From: the human T2T-CHM13v2.0 reference genome, Homo sapiens
Direction: 5' to 3' (one strand)
Length of the DNA: 64,000 bases
Assembly (NCBI RefSeq): GCF_009914755.1
Contig: NC_060944.1
Below are positions 1-13,779 of this stretch, in pieces (the first letter of the stretch is position 1; every line of letters starts with the position of its first letter). Position numbers and translations under genes: made by a program. Under the pieces are notes generated by a model, which saw only the letters and a program-made list of their open reading frames with translations, was not told the DNA's origin and did not search any database.

Positions 1-279
1 TTAAAAACCACCACCCTCCCCGCTGACCACGAGGCACCGGCAGCAGCCCCTGGGGCCATGGCGCTGGCAAGAGCATGCCGGTCACTCAAGAGGGGCCGAC
101 CCACTCCGAGGACAGGGACCCCCTTGCACAAATGAGAAGAGCCAGCAAACAGTTAATGGTTGAATCCTTTGCAGAAAAAGTCAAGGCAGACTTGTGATTC
201 TTGATGTTAATGAAGGTGTCACACATTGTCTAGAGAAAGTTGTGCCTGGCAATCTTCCCTGTTTCGGATGCCTACCCCA

Positions 280-500
280 GTGACATTTCATCTCACATCC
301 ACCTTAATGAAATGCATAATTAACATATTCTAATTGTGCTGAGCGCTGCGATGATTTTGACAGAACTCACTTTCCATGTCTAATTTGATGCTAATTTAAT
401 CTGTTCCTCTCCCGCTGACATGACCTTTCTTGATTGAGTTTCACTGAGGAAATTTTTTGATGGATTGATTTATCAGCATTGCAGAGACAACAAAGGCTCA
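280..500. promoter_or_regulatory. Candidate developmental enhancer (TALE/HOX motif cluster)
   Basis: TGACAG 358-363, TGATGGAT 458-465, TGATTTAT 466-473 and several TAAT cores in repeat-free DNA; motif evidence only. Confidence 0.35.
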
Positions 501-1289
501 GGGTGCACGACAGAAAATAGGAAGGGAACGGCCCTCGAAGCCAGCACGCTCTGAACTTGCCGGCTGGAATGTCCTCTTTCCAGAGACGGCTTGTCTGACC
601 TACTGATGGAATTTGAGAAATGTGACATCTGTGCGTGGGTTTGATCTCTCCGATAAAGACAGTAAATATCTTATTGTGGTTGTGAAGCTTTGCATGGAAA
701 ACTTCTCTAGGGCTATTCGAAGGAAGCTTAGGCTCCTCCTGTTGACCAAAACCCTAAGCGTGTGAGGCCAGGCCACAGGTTGAGGGCCCCGTCTAGGGTA
801 GAGTGTTTGCTCATTAGCTTTAACCAGGAGAAAGCACGAAGAGGTGGAAGTGTCCGTCTCAAATTAAAACAGAGAAACGTCGCAACTGCGTAGGTCATTG
901 AGCATGGATTTCCTACTTTTAGATATTCTGTAGACATCTACAAAAAGGGGAGTTAAACCTAGATCTTATGGAAGCGTCTGTGGAATGTCCTCCAATACCT
1001 GCCCCCACAGATACACAGAGTCTCAAAGCTATTAATATAAACATCTCTTTGTCCAGTTCCTGGTCTTTGTAGAAGTAGGTGCTCAGGATACTGATGACAG
1101 TCTTGGAGTGTCCCAGTTCTCACAGGATTAAGTGGCTGAGGGCATTAGACTCCCTCATCCTGAAGATACAGGGGTCAAAACCAGAACCATAGCTGAATGG
1201 GCTCCTGGGAAAGCAGTCCCTCACCCTACCTTATACAAAAGTGGCTGCTTTTCAACAGCTGTGAAGGCTTGGATTCCAAGGGGCTTGAT

Positions 1290-1512
1290 CAAAATTTCTC
1301 AGGTTTGGCACTATTGTCATTTGAGGCTGGATCATTCTTCGTTGGGGTGGGAGGGGTCTCCTGTGCACTGTAAGTTGTTGAGAAGCATCTCTAGCCTCCA
1401 CCCACTAAAAGCCAGTAGCACTCCCATTCCTGAGTTGTGGTGACTAAATTTGCCTCAGATTTTGCCAGATGTGTCCTGGGGAGGCAAAATCACCACTGGC
1501 TGATAACCACTG
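1290..1512 (-). mobile_element. MER20 (hAT-Charlie MITE)
   Basis: Resembles the reverse MER20 consensus: ggcactattgtcattt...cctccacccactaaaagccagtagcac...ggcaaaatcacc...aaccactg. Confidence 0.8.
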
Positions 1513-1781
1513 AGGTAGAGGGCCAAGTGATAATGCCTGTGACCCCCACATGTCTGCATTGCTCAACACCCCCTACTTCCTCTGCCCAGTGTCACCTCCC
1601 CAGCTAGACGTTGTCCAATGGAGCAGACAAGTCCTTATCCACCCCCCAACTCCTTATTCAACTTCTCCCTTTTCCAAATCATATATGACTACACTGTATT
1701 AAATATTGATTTATTTATTGTCTGTCTCTACTCAATAAACCATAAGCTACATAAGGCTGAGATCTTGTCCATCTTTTTTAC

Positions 1782-1941
1782 TTTTTTTTTTTCCAACTTT
1801 TACTTTAAGTTTGAGGGTGCATGTTCAGAATGTGCAAGTTTGTTGCATAGGTAAACATGTGCCATCATTGTTTGCTGTACAGATCAATCCATTGCCTAGG
1901 TATTAAGCCCAGAATCCGTTAGCTATTCCTCCTGATGCTCT
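1782..1941 (-). mobile_element. L1PA-type 3' end fragment
   Basis: Poly-T, then ttttactttaagtttgagggtgcatg...ggtattaagcccag; TSD-like cttttttactt on both sides. Confidence 0.75.
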
Positions 1942-1949
1942 TTTTTTAC

Positions 1950-2490
1950 TTTAATTATGGTAAAATATACATAACATAAAATTCACCGTTTTAAGTATCA
2001 TAAAGTATGCAATTCAGTGGCTTTTAGTACATTGACAATGTGTGCACCTATGCCACTATCGAGTTTCAGAATATTTTCATGACCCCGAAAAGAAACTCCC
2101 ATACCCGTAACGTGGTAACCCTACTCTTTCCCTCCTCCCAGCCCCTGATAACCGCTAATCTGTGTCTACTGATCTGCCTATTCTGTACATTTCACTTAAA
2201 TGGAATCATACAATAAGTGAACCTTTGTGTCTGGTGGTTCCTCAATAAGATAAACATGAAGTGACCACAGGACCCAGCAATTCCATTCCTAGGCATACAT
2301 ACAAAAAACGTGGGAGACAAGTGTTCTAACGAAAACTTTTATATGAGTGTTCCTAGAAGCACTCTTTGCAATAGCCAAAAGGTGTCCATATGCTCATGAA
2401 TGGATAAACAAAATGTGGTATATCCATACAATGGAATAGCCATAAAAGGGAATGAAGTGTGGATACATGGTGCAACATGGATGAACCTTG
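1950..2490 (-). mobile_element. L1MB-type 3' end with 5' inversion (1950-2234 minus, 2235-2490 plus)
   Basis: Minus part ends cctttgtgtctgg; plus part reads gacccagcaattccattcctagg...caacatggatgaaccttg. Confidence 0.7.
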
Positions 2491-3259
2491 CCTGTCTTTT
2501 CATCGTTACATCCTCAGTAGTGAAAATACTGCCTGGCATGTAGTAGGTGCTCAGTAAATACAAGTGGAATAAATGAAAGGCATATAAAAGTAAATGAATT
2601 GAGGATAGTCAAGAACCATGGATAACTAGTTAGAAGGGCCATTCACATTAACTGTGTTTCTTTTAATTTAGAAAAAAAAAGAAAAGAAAAAAAATAGACC
2701 CCCCCAAAAGAAACAAAGAAACAAAAATGAACCTGATATTGAGCCGGAAATTTTGGAGGCGGGGAGGATCGCTGTATGTGAAAAATAGTTGAATCATGGA
2801 GGGGAGCTGGTAATGAAAGTGTCATGACAGAATACTAAAACTTCCCTGCTTTCTGTTCTATTTTGTTTTGTTTCAATGTCAAGCTCTACTTCTTCTTCCC
2901 AAATGTTTCTTTCAGAAGCAGATACTTAAGCTATCCATAGTAAATAGATATTTTCCTTCAAAGTACTCTCCTGGGAGGATGAAACATTTATTCCAAAGTA
3001 GTTGCCCTGACTGCAAAGATTTTTGCAAAATTTCTTCAGGAGCTGCCTTCCGAGCCCCGCAAGGATACCAAGCTAATGAGATTATCATCATTATGATTAC
3101 ACTTCATCATAGATCAAAAGCAGTTTAACTCGGCAAAATGACCTGGCCTGCTTCACTAGTCTTTATTCTAAGGGGCTGCTGGCTTTGTTCAAAGGCTAAA
3201 ATCTCTCTGCAAAGCCCAGTTGAACAGTGTCCAGGTGTGCCCCCAAGGCAGGGGCAAAG

Positions 3260-3470
3260 TGGAGCATGGTCTAAGGGGTCAAGCTACTTAGGTCTCAATC
3301 CTTGCTCTACCACTAACTGGGAAAGTGTGCCTCAGTTTCCTCATCTGTTAAAACTGCATAGTAATAGTCCTACCTCAAAGAGTTCTCTTGAGGATTAACT
3401 TAGTTAATAATACATAAGCCAAGCATTAGAAACAATGCCCACCACATAGCAAAGTCTTTTAGGTATAAGC
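3260..3470 (+). mobile_element. MIR SINE
   Basis: Core tgtgcctcagtttcctcatctgttaaa...cctacctca. Confidence 0.75.
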
Positions 3471-3516
3471 TCTTCTTATAAGATATGTGTCTGAGCCTTT
3501 TCAGTAATTGTGTAGT

Positions 3517-3872
<356 letters not shown>

Positions 3873-3927
3873 TTATTAAGAAATCAGGCGTGCAGTTTTA
3901 ATGCAATCTTCAGTGGTATATTCATTC

Positions 3928-4392
3928 TTATATTCTTATTACTGTTGTAACAAGTTAGCACAAACAGTGGCTTAAAAGAAAACAAATTCATTATCTTTCA
4001 GTTCCAGAAGTCAGAAGTCTATGTCAGCTTCGTAGAGAAAAAATTAAGGTGTCAGCAGAATTGGTTCCTTCTGGAAGTCCCAGGGGATTGTTTTCTTGCC
4101 TGTTCAGCTTTTAGAAGCTGCCTGCATTACTTGGCTCAGGGGCCTCTTCCTTGAATTACTCCAACCTCTTCTGCCATCATATCCTACTAATGACTGATCC
4201 TCCTCCCTCCCTTGTATAAGGACCCCTGTGATTACATTGGGTCTGCCTGAATAATCTAAACCAAGGTTCCCATCTTGAGATCCTGAATTTAATCACATCT
4301 GCAAAGTCCCACTTACTATAGAAAGTCACATATTCACTGGTTCTAGGGACTCGAATGTAGACATCTCAGGGACATTTATTCAGCCTATCACA
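3928..4392 (-). mobile_element. MLT1 (MLT1D-like) MaLR solo LTR
   Basis: gtggcttaaaa...aaggtgtcagcag...aaggacccctgtgattacattggg...aatcacatctgcaaagtccc...attcagcctatcaca. Confidence 0.8.
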
Positions 4393-5718
4393 TATGACTT
4401 CATTTTAGGTGGAAAGTGGTTCTCAGTGGAGGATATCAATTCCTTTCTATCTCTCAGTGCCACTCTGTTGTGCCATTTTGAGGACAGAAAAACAATGTGG
4501 AGTTAGCCACTGGAATCCAAGGTTGGATGGACCTCTAGGACGGTGAAGTCTCCTGTAGTTCTCTTCCTCAGTGGCTTTGTAAGGATTTTGTTATGTTTGA
4601 CCAGCAACCCCAGGACTGGAGTTATTCAAGGGGTCTAACCCCAAACACATGTCACATGAGAGAATACCAATTTGGCTGTAAGTTTCATTGTGACCTTGTA
4701 TCCTACTTGATAGGTTTAAGATAGCACAGTCCTCCAGTGCACCTGGCTAAAGTCATTCTTACATAGCCTCCATCAGGTCATGATTTTTGTTCTGTTCTCG
4801 TATGTTTTTGCAGCACCAAAAGAAGTCCCCAGCACCTTACAGGATTGATATTGAGAGCTTTTACAGTGTTTAAAGGTAACTGTTTTTCACAAAGATGAAA
4901 CACTTTTTGTCTGTTTCACCAATATCCCACCTGGAATATCCTGTATTTCTCTGAATATTATAGTAACCTGTGGCTATCTTGAAACTTCCAGGTTTTCCCA
5001 TATGAAACTAGAAGACAGACTTGGAAGGCAATGTTGCTTAGAGCAATGCTTGCTCACCAAATCTTTTTCATTAGAATAGTTCACTTAGATACTGGGCAGT
5101 TTTGATAAACCAGCATTCAGGGAACAAAGCTTTTATGAAGGTTCCAGCCATAATTTTTGGCCTCAGAATATTGCTGGGTGTTTTTTCCTCTGTCAATCTA
5201 AAATGAAAATGTAACATTTCAATTGCAATTCGTTAGGAAGAAGCAAAGAAGGGGATATTTGCATTTGATCACCAAATTGGACGAGACTAACTTTCATCCG
5301 CATCTGATCTGCCAATATCAGCTTTTTTCTGAAATATAAAATAGTCATTAATTCACTGTTTTCCCTTATTGAGTGAATAGATTTTTTTTTCTGTCACCTG
5401 TGTTTTTATCCAAAATCAGCAATAGAATATTTTGCATGGTTAAAAACTGGGGAGGTGGGAATTGACATTTCCTTTGAACTCCAAACAAATGGCAAACTTC
5501 AAAAAATGTTTGATGAAATACTGCAGTATTATAACCCAAAGAATCTATGATGGAGAAAAATATGAAGAAAATAAAGAATTTTTTTAACGAATGGATTATG
5601 ATACTTACCTTCAGTAGGTTAGCTTTAGTGTTTACAAGTATTAATTGATTTTTTGTCAAAAAAAGTTACATAAAAAATTAACTCAATTATCATCAATCCA
5701 AAATTTTGAAAGATAAAA

Positions 5719-5990
5719 TGTGGCAGGTGGAATTCTAAAAATGGCCTCTGAGATTCCTGTCCCATGTTTATTCAAACACTAACCTAGGTACAGCTTGTGA
5801 AGGGATTTCACAGATGTGACTAAAGTGTCAAGTCAGTTCACTTTAAAATACAGAGATGACCATATCACACGAGTCTCATCCAAACATGAAATCCCTTTAA
5901 AATCAAAGCTTCTTCCCCAGGTGGTAGCAAAAACAGACATCTTCCTCAAGGAGGAAAACAGGAAGAGAATCAAGGTCAGAGAGATTTGAG
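5719..5990 (+). mobile_element. MLT1 (MLT1E-like) LTR 5' part
   Basis: tgtggcaggtggaattctaaaaatggcc...ctaggtacagc...gtgaagggatttcacagatgtg. Confidence 0.65.
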
Positions 5991-6182
5991 TTCAAATTTT
6001 CCACTTATTGGTTTTATGACCTTTTGAAAAGTTTCCTCATACCTTGTGCTTCCTTTCCTAATTTGTACTGCTAGTCACTCCCTAAATTTATGGGAAGGAA
6101 TTAAGAGACAGAATGTACACAAAATACTTAGTCATGTGTCAGACACATACTATGTGCACCATAAAAGATAACTATTATTACT
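5990..6182 (+). mobile_element. MIR relic
   Basis: Diverged core and tail (cttagtcatgtgtcagacacatac...ctattatt). Confidence 0.5.
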
Positions 6183-6640
6183 TTAGAAATTGTTCACTCT
6201 ATAAGATTATCCTTCACTGACTCTTGCAAACTGTATTCTGATTCTAAAACCATGTGAGTTCACACAAAATGACACTGAAAAGCATAATGCAAGTGTGGAG
6301 CATCCCACCATGTGCAAAGTTTGGTTGGGGCCAGCTCTTTACCCCACTGCATTCCGTTTTGGCCCCTCTCCTAAGCTCTTTTTTTTTTTTTTTTTTTTTT
6401 TTTGCTCTATTTACTGCATATCTGACCAACACCATGAATTTCCAGAACCCCAGTCCTTTATCACCAACATCATTCTCCACAAAATTTAAGTAGGCTGTGC
6501 ACTATTCTTACAGGGTCCAATGAGGAAATAGTCTTATAAACTAAGTTAGGCTAAATTGTTAATAGCTAATGATGACTTAGCTTCCCATATGCACTTCATC
6601 AAAGGGATTTGAAGCCTTACCCCTAAGAAATAAGGTGGGA

Positions 6641-6959
<319 letters not shown>

Positions 6960-7479
6960 TTAGGCATCAACTTCGGAGAGGAAAGAAAAATTATTTGGAG
7001 GTGCAAATTCCTTTGGTATTAGTAAAAATTGACTCACATGGGCCGTAGTCTCCACCATGTCCAGTAAATGTCATCTTCCTCTGTTGCTAATCCTTCTGCT
7101 TATATATATTTGCTTAATTTTTGCCCTGACCACCAGGAAAAGATTTCCCAAGTTCCTTTTTTCTCATGTAAACAATTTGTATTACTTAGAATAAGGATAG
7201 TGCATGCTTATTTATAAAGGACTAGAAAACAGGGAAAATGAAAATAGAAAAATTAAAAATCATCTATAGTCTCACCCTTCGTAGAAAATGATAGTCCAGG
7301 ATATCAGTTAAGGAGGGGTTTAAGGTTGGTAAATCAGGTTGGAAGATGGCCTGGAAGATTTCCCCTGAGGCTGTGACTGCATAGCAAACACCCAGTGATA
7401 CCTGAGAGTGTGAGCGGGTTGCTGATGGAGATTAAGGGAGGAATGAAGTCTTGGCCCCTAGCTATTCAAGACCATCTGC

Positions 7480-7890
7480 AACTGCCCATTCTCAATATTT
7501 TGTTTGTATTTCTCATATGTGTGTACACATACATGTCATAGAATTATTTAATTTTTGGTAAAAACTGAAGTCATACCTACATAATGTTTTATAAATCGAT
7601 TCTTCCTAGCCTAAAATTGTGAATGTCATTCCCGTGCCATTAAGCATTTTCTTCTACATTCATTTTTAAAGGCCATACAAGAATATTCCATAGACCAAAT
7701 ACGTATTTTTTCATTGGCCTAGGGTTGTATATTTAGGTTGTTTCCAACTCTGATTCTAATTAACAGCATACAACTGAGCACCTTTGTAACCAAACTTTTA
7801 CACATATACGTGATTAATTCCTTAAATTCCTATAAGTAAAATTGCTGGGTCAAGGAGTTACATATTTTAAGACTTTTCTGAAATAACTAT
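7480..7890 (-). mobile_element. Old L1 (L1ME-like) fragment
   Basis: atttaggttgtttccaa...ttcctataagtaaaattgctgggtcaagg. Confidence 0.55.
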
Positions 7891-8027
7891 GTCATTCAGT
7901 TTATCTCAGATTTATCATCAGGCAGTTGAAACAAGGGTATTAGAAATCATTTTAGACCAATATGAAAGACGAATGGACATTAAGCATCAGTAGTCTTTAA
8001 CATGAACTTTTCATAGATACCAAAGAG

Positions 8028-8140
8028 TAGGGGGATCAACTGTTTCTATTTGCCCAGGACTGAGGGGCTTCCTGGCATGTGGGTCTTTTAGTGCTAAAAC
8101 CAAGACAATATCAGGCACATTGGGACAGTTGGTCACCCTA
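8028..8140. mobile_element. MER81 (hAT-Blackjack MITE)
   Basis: ~113 bp; termini tagggggatcaac...gttggtcacccta; internal ttagtgctaaaac. Confidence 0.75.
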
Positions 8141-9179
8141 TCAGAGAAGACCAGGGACTGACTGACCATAATGGAAGGATTCAGTGTAATGCCGTCGTAG
8201 GCACCATTGCCAGAACCATGGTCAGAACAAGGTGAAAGTTTAACTACATCATTAGCCCTAACATGGTAGAAGGCAAGTAATGAGTTTCAGAAGCCATGTT
8301 CAAGAACTTTGAAGTGTAACGACGTAGAATTATGGGGTAGAGAGCATAGACTAGAGAAAATGCAAGCTTCTAAGAGTCCAATGACAATTTCGGGAAACAT
8401 GAGGAGACATGGTGCTCTTGTGGTGGCCTGTATTGGAATCTGGTTTGCCCCTCAAGTGAATAGTGTTGATTTGAAAACTTCTAATATTCTTTCTTTTAGG
8501 AGATCTTCTTGATAGTTGCAGAAATTCTGACTGGAATAGATTAATGTCTTGCTATTTGGCTTGTATAGTAGCAGCATAAAATTCCACTTCTTCTTAACTG
8601 AAGAAAGCATTTAATTTAAGCACAAGAAGATGACTCAAACTGAGCCACTGCAAAGCAGGTGAAGGGCTCAAAACATTATAGTGGTTTCTCAATTTGAGTC
8701 ATATTTTCATTCTCTTGAATCAAAGGGTCACTTAACAAACATGATTTAATTATATACGTCTTGCCTGATTTTTAGTCACAGAGAAATTCCGAGATGAAAA
8801 CTCTGGAAAGGTGTCATTAACTCAAGGAAGACAAGGGCAGAGTTAGGCTAGCAACTAGACACTCTGTGTACAGTTTCATATACAAGCAAGACTTTCCTTT
8901 AATATTGATAAAGAATTGAGTATCATGTATGCATTCCCTTTTATGATATACAATTAATTGTAAGTTATTTCCCCTTGTATGCAACCATCCACATTTTTCT
9001 TCTGACCTTTTCCTCAAGTCTTACAACTACTTTTAATGACTGCATTTTGGAGGTGGTCCCAGGAGAACAGATGTTGCCTTATAATGGTGTTTTTCCATTT
9101 TTTTCTTTGATTGGGCAAGGGGGTTGGAAGTATTATTTAGTCATTATATGGATTCCTCTAAAAATTGTTCAATAGAATA

Positions 9180-10270
9180 TGTATTCATTTATTCACTTAC
9201 TTATTGTTTATTTATTGCCTAGAGTATACCCAACACTGAGGATACAATAATGATCAAGACAGGTCTAATTTCTGTCCCATAGAGCTTAAATTGTAATTAG
9301 AAAGAATTTTTTTAAATAAGCAAAAAGGAAAAGAAAAAATAACTACAAATGATAAGTGTTCTGAGGGAAATTAACATTCTAAGAGAACACCTGGGAGACA
9401 AGAGCCCTCCTTTGGGCAGTATGGCCAAGAAAGTCCTTTCTACTTGCATGAAATGTTCTCAGTAGCATCGTTCATAAATATCCAAAAAGAGGAAACATCC
9501 AAATATCCTTCAGCTAGTGAGTGGACAAATAAAATATGATGTATTCATACCATGGAATGCTAAAGAGCAATTAATAAAAGATGAATTACTTGTTCATACT
9601 ATTATAATGATAAACTTCAAAAACATTAAGCTAAGTGAAAGAATCCAGACATAAAACATACTTTATGTGATTCCATTTATATGAAATATCCAGAAAAGGC
9701 AAATCTATAGAGATATAAAATAAGTAAGTGGTTCCTAAGGACTAGGAGTGGGAATGAAGAGTGACTGCAAATGGGCACTAGTTTTCTTTTTGGGAAGAAA
9801 AAAATGTTCTAAATTAGATTGTGGTGAAGGTTGAACAACTGAAATTATACTAAGAACCACTGAATTGTACCTTTTAAACAAATGAATTTTATGACATGCA
9901 AATTCTATCTCAATGAAGCTGTTAACAAAAAGAAGGATGAAAGAATAAGCACAAAGAAGAAAGGATTTCCTAAGGAGGTGACATTTGAACTGACATAGGA
10001 CTTATGCAAAGAGAGGTCTTGGCTGGGACTGGGAGAGAACACTCCAGGCAGGGAGAGTCTGTGCAAAGATCCTGAGATGAGCGAGCATTTGGCATGCATA
10101 ACAAACTAGTGGAAGGCAAGGATGGCTTGAGTATGTTGAGCAAAGTTTAGAGGTAGTGAGAAAAGAAATTGGAGAGGCAGATAGCAGCAAATTCACACAG
10201 GACATTGCATTGCAGGCCTGATACTGAGGGTGCTTCATGTGCTACGAAGACATTGAGAGATTTTAATTGA
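9180..10270 (-). mobile_element. L2 fragment interrupted by L1
   Basis: attcatttattcac start; gaggtgacatttgaactga after the L1. Confidence 0.6.
9445..9930 (+). mobile_element. L1MB/L1ME-type 3' end
   Basis: gctaagtgaaagaatccagac...gattccatttatatgaaatatccagaaaaggcaaatctatagag...tatctcaatgaagctgtt. Confidence 0.8.
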
Positions 10271-10319
10271 TGCTATGATGTATACTTGACAACATTCTAC
10301 CTTAATAAGAATAAAGTCA

Positions 10320-10505
10320 GCCAATACTGTTGACTTACTATTCTATGAATTTTACACATACTACCCTATGAGGTAGGTACCCTTATTATTATGAGTAAGG
10401 AAAGTGAGATACAAAATAATTTACTCAAGAAATCTGAGGGATAATTATGATCTGAACTCAGTTAGTCCAGCACCAGAGCTTGAAATCTTAACCACTGCCC
10501 TACCC
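10320..10505 (-). mobile_element. MIR
   Basis: accctatgaggtaggtac...gtaaggaaagtgag. Confidence 0.6.
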
Positions 10506-10512
10506 TTGAAAG

Positions 10513-10690
10513 TAGGACTAGCTTCATAGGCATACAACCTATGCAGTCACACAGGGCCCCATGCTTAGAAGAGTCCCACACTTGCTTTAACAGCCTGCTG
10601 TCACCATCTTGAAATGCTTAAAAAGTTTTTAATAAAGAGACCTCACATTTTCATTTTGCACTGCATCTCACAAATTATGCAGCTAGTACT
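10513..10690. mobile_element. MER91A-like hAT MITE
   Basis: gcagtcacacagggccccatgcttagaag...ctgctgtcaccatcttgaaat...ttttcattttgcactg. Confidence 0.7.
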
Positions 10691-11521
10691 GCTTGAACAG
10701 TCTTTTAGACATTTTACTACCAGAGGAATTATTAATCCATTGAAGATCATAGATAAAAGCTGGCCAGGGAGGAGAGGCAAACCCTTAGAATTAACATCCT
10801 ATGTCTTATGCATGTCCATTTTGGGACAGAACTCTCAAAAGGATCCATAAGTCCAAAAGGGTTAAGACTCCTTGATTTACCAGCAGCCACCATTCTGATA
10901 TTTAGGAATAGCTAGATAATGAAGTAGACTTACTATTGAGCTTCCTGTTGTCCTACATCTATTGATAAAGGGTTGCATTGGCAACACTCTTTCCAGAAAA
11001 CAGGAAAATAATAATAATAATAATAATAAGGATGAATGAAAATAAATGGAAAAGAATAAATTCTAAGCAAAATATTTTCTTTAGTGTGTGTGAATGTGTG
11101 TGTGCGCATGTGTGTGTGCATTTTTCTCAAGGGACCTAAAGTTTGTCTTTTTCACTATCATAATAATTTTTTAAATCCCTAAAACACAAAAATCAAAACC
11201 AAAGGGACAGTTCTTCTGAATTTATACTAATGAATTTGGTCAAATATATCACTCATTTTCCGCTAGTTTGCATAAATTCCATTTCTCTTGTTTCAGAGGC
11301 TGACTTGGGTTATAGGAGAACTTTTAATAATCACTATTACATAGGACAATATTCTGCATGCAATAATTCCACAATAAATTCATGTCACGTGTTAATTTTG
11401 ACATTATAATTAATGTATCAATAATTTGTTACTATTATTTTCTTATAATCTGGGCTTACTTGTAACCAGAAGAAAACTAAAGTTTAATGGCAAGTTTTCA
11501 ATTGCATTTAAAATACCCCCA

Positions 11522-11672
11522 GGCCAGGCTTAGTGGCTCACGCCTGTAATTCTAACACTTTGGGAGGCTGAAGTGGGAGAATCACTTGAGCCCAGGAGTT
11601 CAAGACCAGCCTGGGCAACTTAGTGAGATGCTGTCTCTATTTTATTAAAAAAAAAATAAAATTAAATAAAAT
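11522..11672 (+). mobile_element. Alu monomer (FLAM_C-like)
   Basis: Single left-type monomer with A-rich tail; TSD aaata(a)ccccca. Confidence 0.9.
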
Positions 11673-12425
11673 AACCCCCAATTAATTTCTAAGCTAGTAA
11701 AGGCAAATAATAAAAAATGTGAGCTCTTGATACAAAATTTTTTAGAATTTTTTTGTGCTCAAGAAACAATTACGTACTCATGAAAATGTGATTATCCACT
11801 TTAAGAATAATAGGGATTAAAATAGGCCTCTGAATTTGATATCGTGAAATGATTAATTGTTCTTCGTCACTGAGGTGCTGCTTTCTTTGTATGCTTCATT
11901 GTTCAACCCATGAAGTCCCTAGATCTTTGAGCTACCAGACAAGTGATATTTGTGCCTCCTGGGGCTCTCCCAGTGTGACCCCACAAGGAGACCTTCTGAC
12001 TCTGTTTATTCTTAGAGTGAGCAACTGCATACAAATAGAAGATGTTATGACACAGGCCACCAGAACCAAATACAGAGACAAGAAGATATTTCTATGAAAA
12101 CAAAATACTAATTCTACCCTAAACTAAGGCTAGACTTTCCCAAGTGGAAAACTATTCCTGGAAAGAACCAGGGAGAGATGGTATAATTTCATTTTCACAT
12201 GGACGACCGCAAACTCAAGCTTCTTTAAAAGTGCCATAATGAACCCAGCACACGAACACTCTGGCTCTGAGACAAAAGCAAGGATTTTCTCATTTGCCAC
12301 CTAACATCCTTGTAATTTCCCAGTTTTAGCCTGCGTCTTTATGGGGGGAAGCAAAAAAAGCAAAACCAGCTTTGTATTGTTTTCATGCAGTTACTGAGCC
12401 TGGGTAAACTGGGACAAAATCCTAG

Positions 12426-12783
<358 letters not shown>

Positions 12784-13249
12784 GTTCTTCATCTTTTTGA
12801 AAAAAAATTTACTTCCAATTATTTGATGGTAAAATCCACCAATTTATGCATAAAATAAAATGGCAAGTTAGATTTATTTGGAGAAATAAATTGTAGAAAC
12901 CATTCATCCGTTAGGGTTTTTTAAACGGTCTTGTGCCACTTGATGAAGCAAAAATAAAACTTCACTCAGCTGACAGATAATCTAGGTGACAAAATCTTTT
13001 GTCTCTCCCTTATGAAGTGACCGCTTTGAATATTTTTCTTATTTTAAAAACCAAAAATCCTTTGAATGCTATTTATTATTTTAGGAATCAAAAACCAAAT
13101 GTCTATTGTGAACACAAGTCTAAGAAAGAGTAATATGAACCAGTCTTTTTCAAGATGGCCTGCTTTTTCTGCTTGAAAACATTCCCATGTTAACGTTTTT
13201 CTTCCTGGTTGCTCTGTTAGCCTTAATCTGTAAGTACTATTTTTTTGGA

Positions 13250-13520
13250 GGGCCTACTCTAATCCAGTTGTTTTATAGACATTATTTCATCATTCGATCC
13301 TACCAACAACTTTATGAATTAGGAGTTACAAATTTGCTTTTGTAGATAAAGAAGCTCAACATCACAGACCTTCATTCATAAAAAGGGTGAAAACTGTCTA
13401 GGGTCAGGCAGACTGGGGCCAAACCTGTTCTGGCTCTTTCTTGCTGTGTGATCTTAGCCAAGTTATTTAACCTCTCTGTGCCTCAATTTCTTATCTGTAA
13501 AATGAAAGAGAGTAATACAT
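13250..13520. mobile_element. Two MIR fragments (minus then plus)
   Basis: tttgtagataaagaagctcaa, then aagttatttaacctctctgtgcctcaatttcttatctgtaaaatg. Confidence 0.6.
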
Positions 13521-13589
13521 GCCTACAATTCCTTAGCCGTGATTCTCAAATCAAAAAATCTCTGAAAATTAAAGTGTTTTCATAAATAG

Positions 13590-13693
13590 GACAGCAGGGA
13601 ACATACTTAAACAAAAATATTACACGTTGTTTATCTGAAACTCACATTTAACTGGGTTTGCTGTATTTTCATTTGCTAAATCTGGCAACACTA
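13590..13693. mobile_element. Half MER53, inside a Tigger-like fragment (~13524-13780)
   Basis: cgttgtttatctgaaactcacatttaactggg...tttgctaaatctggcaacacta matches one arm of palindromic MER53. Confidence 0.65.
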
Positions 13694-13779
13694 GTTTGGC
13701 GCCAACATTCATTTGGCATAAAGATTAAACTGTGCTGGCAAGAGGCTATTACAATCTTTATTTGTCCCACGTGGTGAAG

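Larger units (their letters stand above)
1660..2580 (+). mobile_element. L2 3' end interrupted by L1 insertions
   Basis: L2 tail gcctggcatgtagtaggtgctcagtaaata...gaataaatgaa at ~2530-2578; left half at 1700-1775. Confidence 0.6.
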
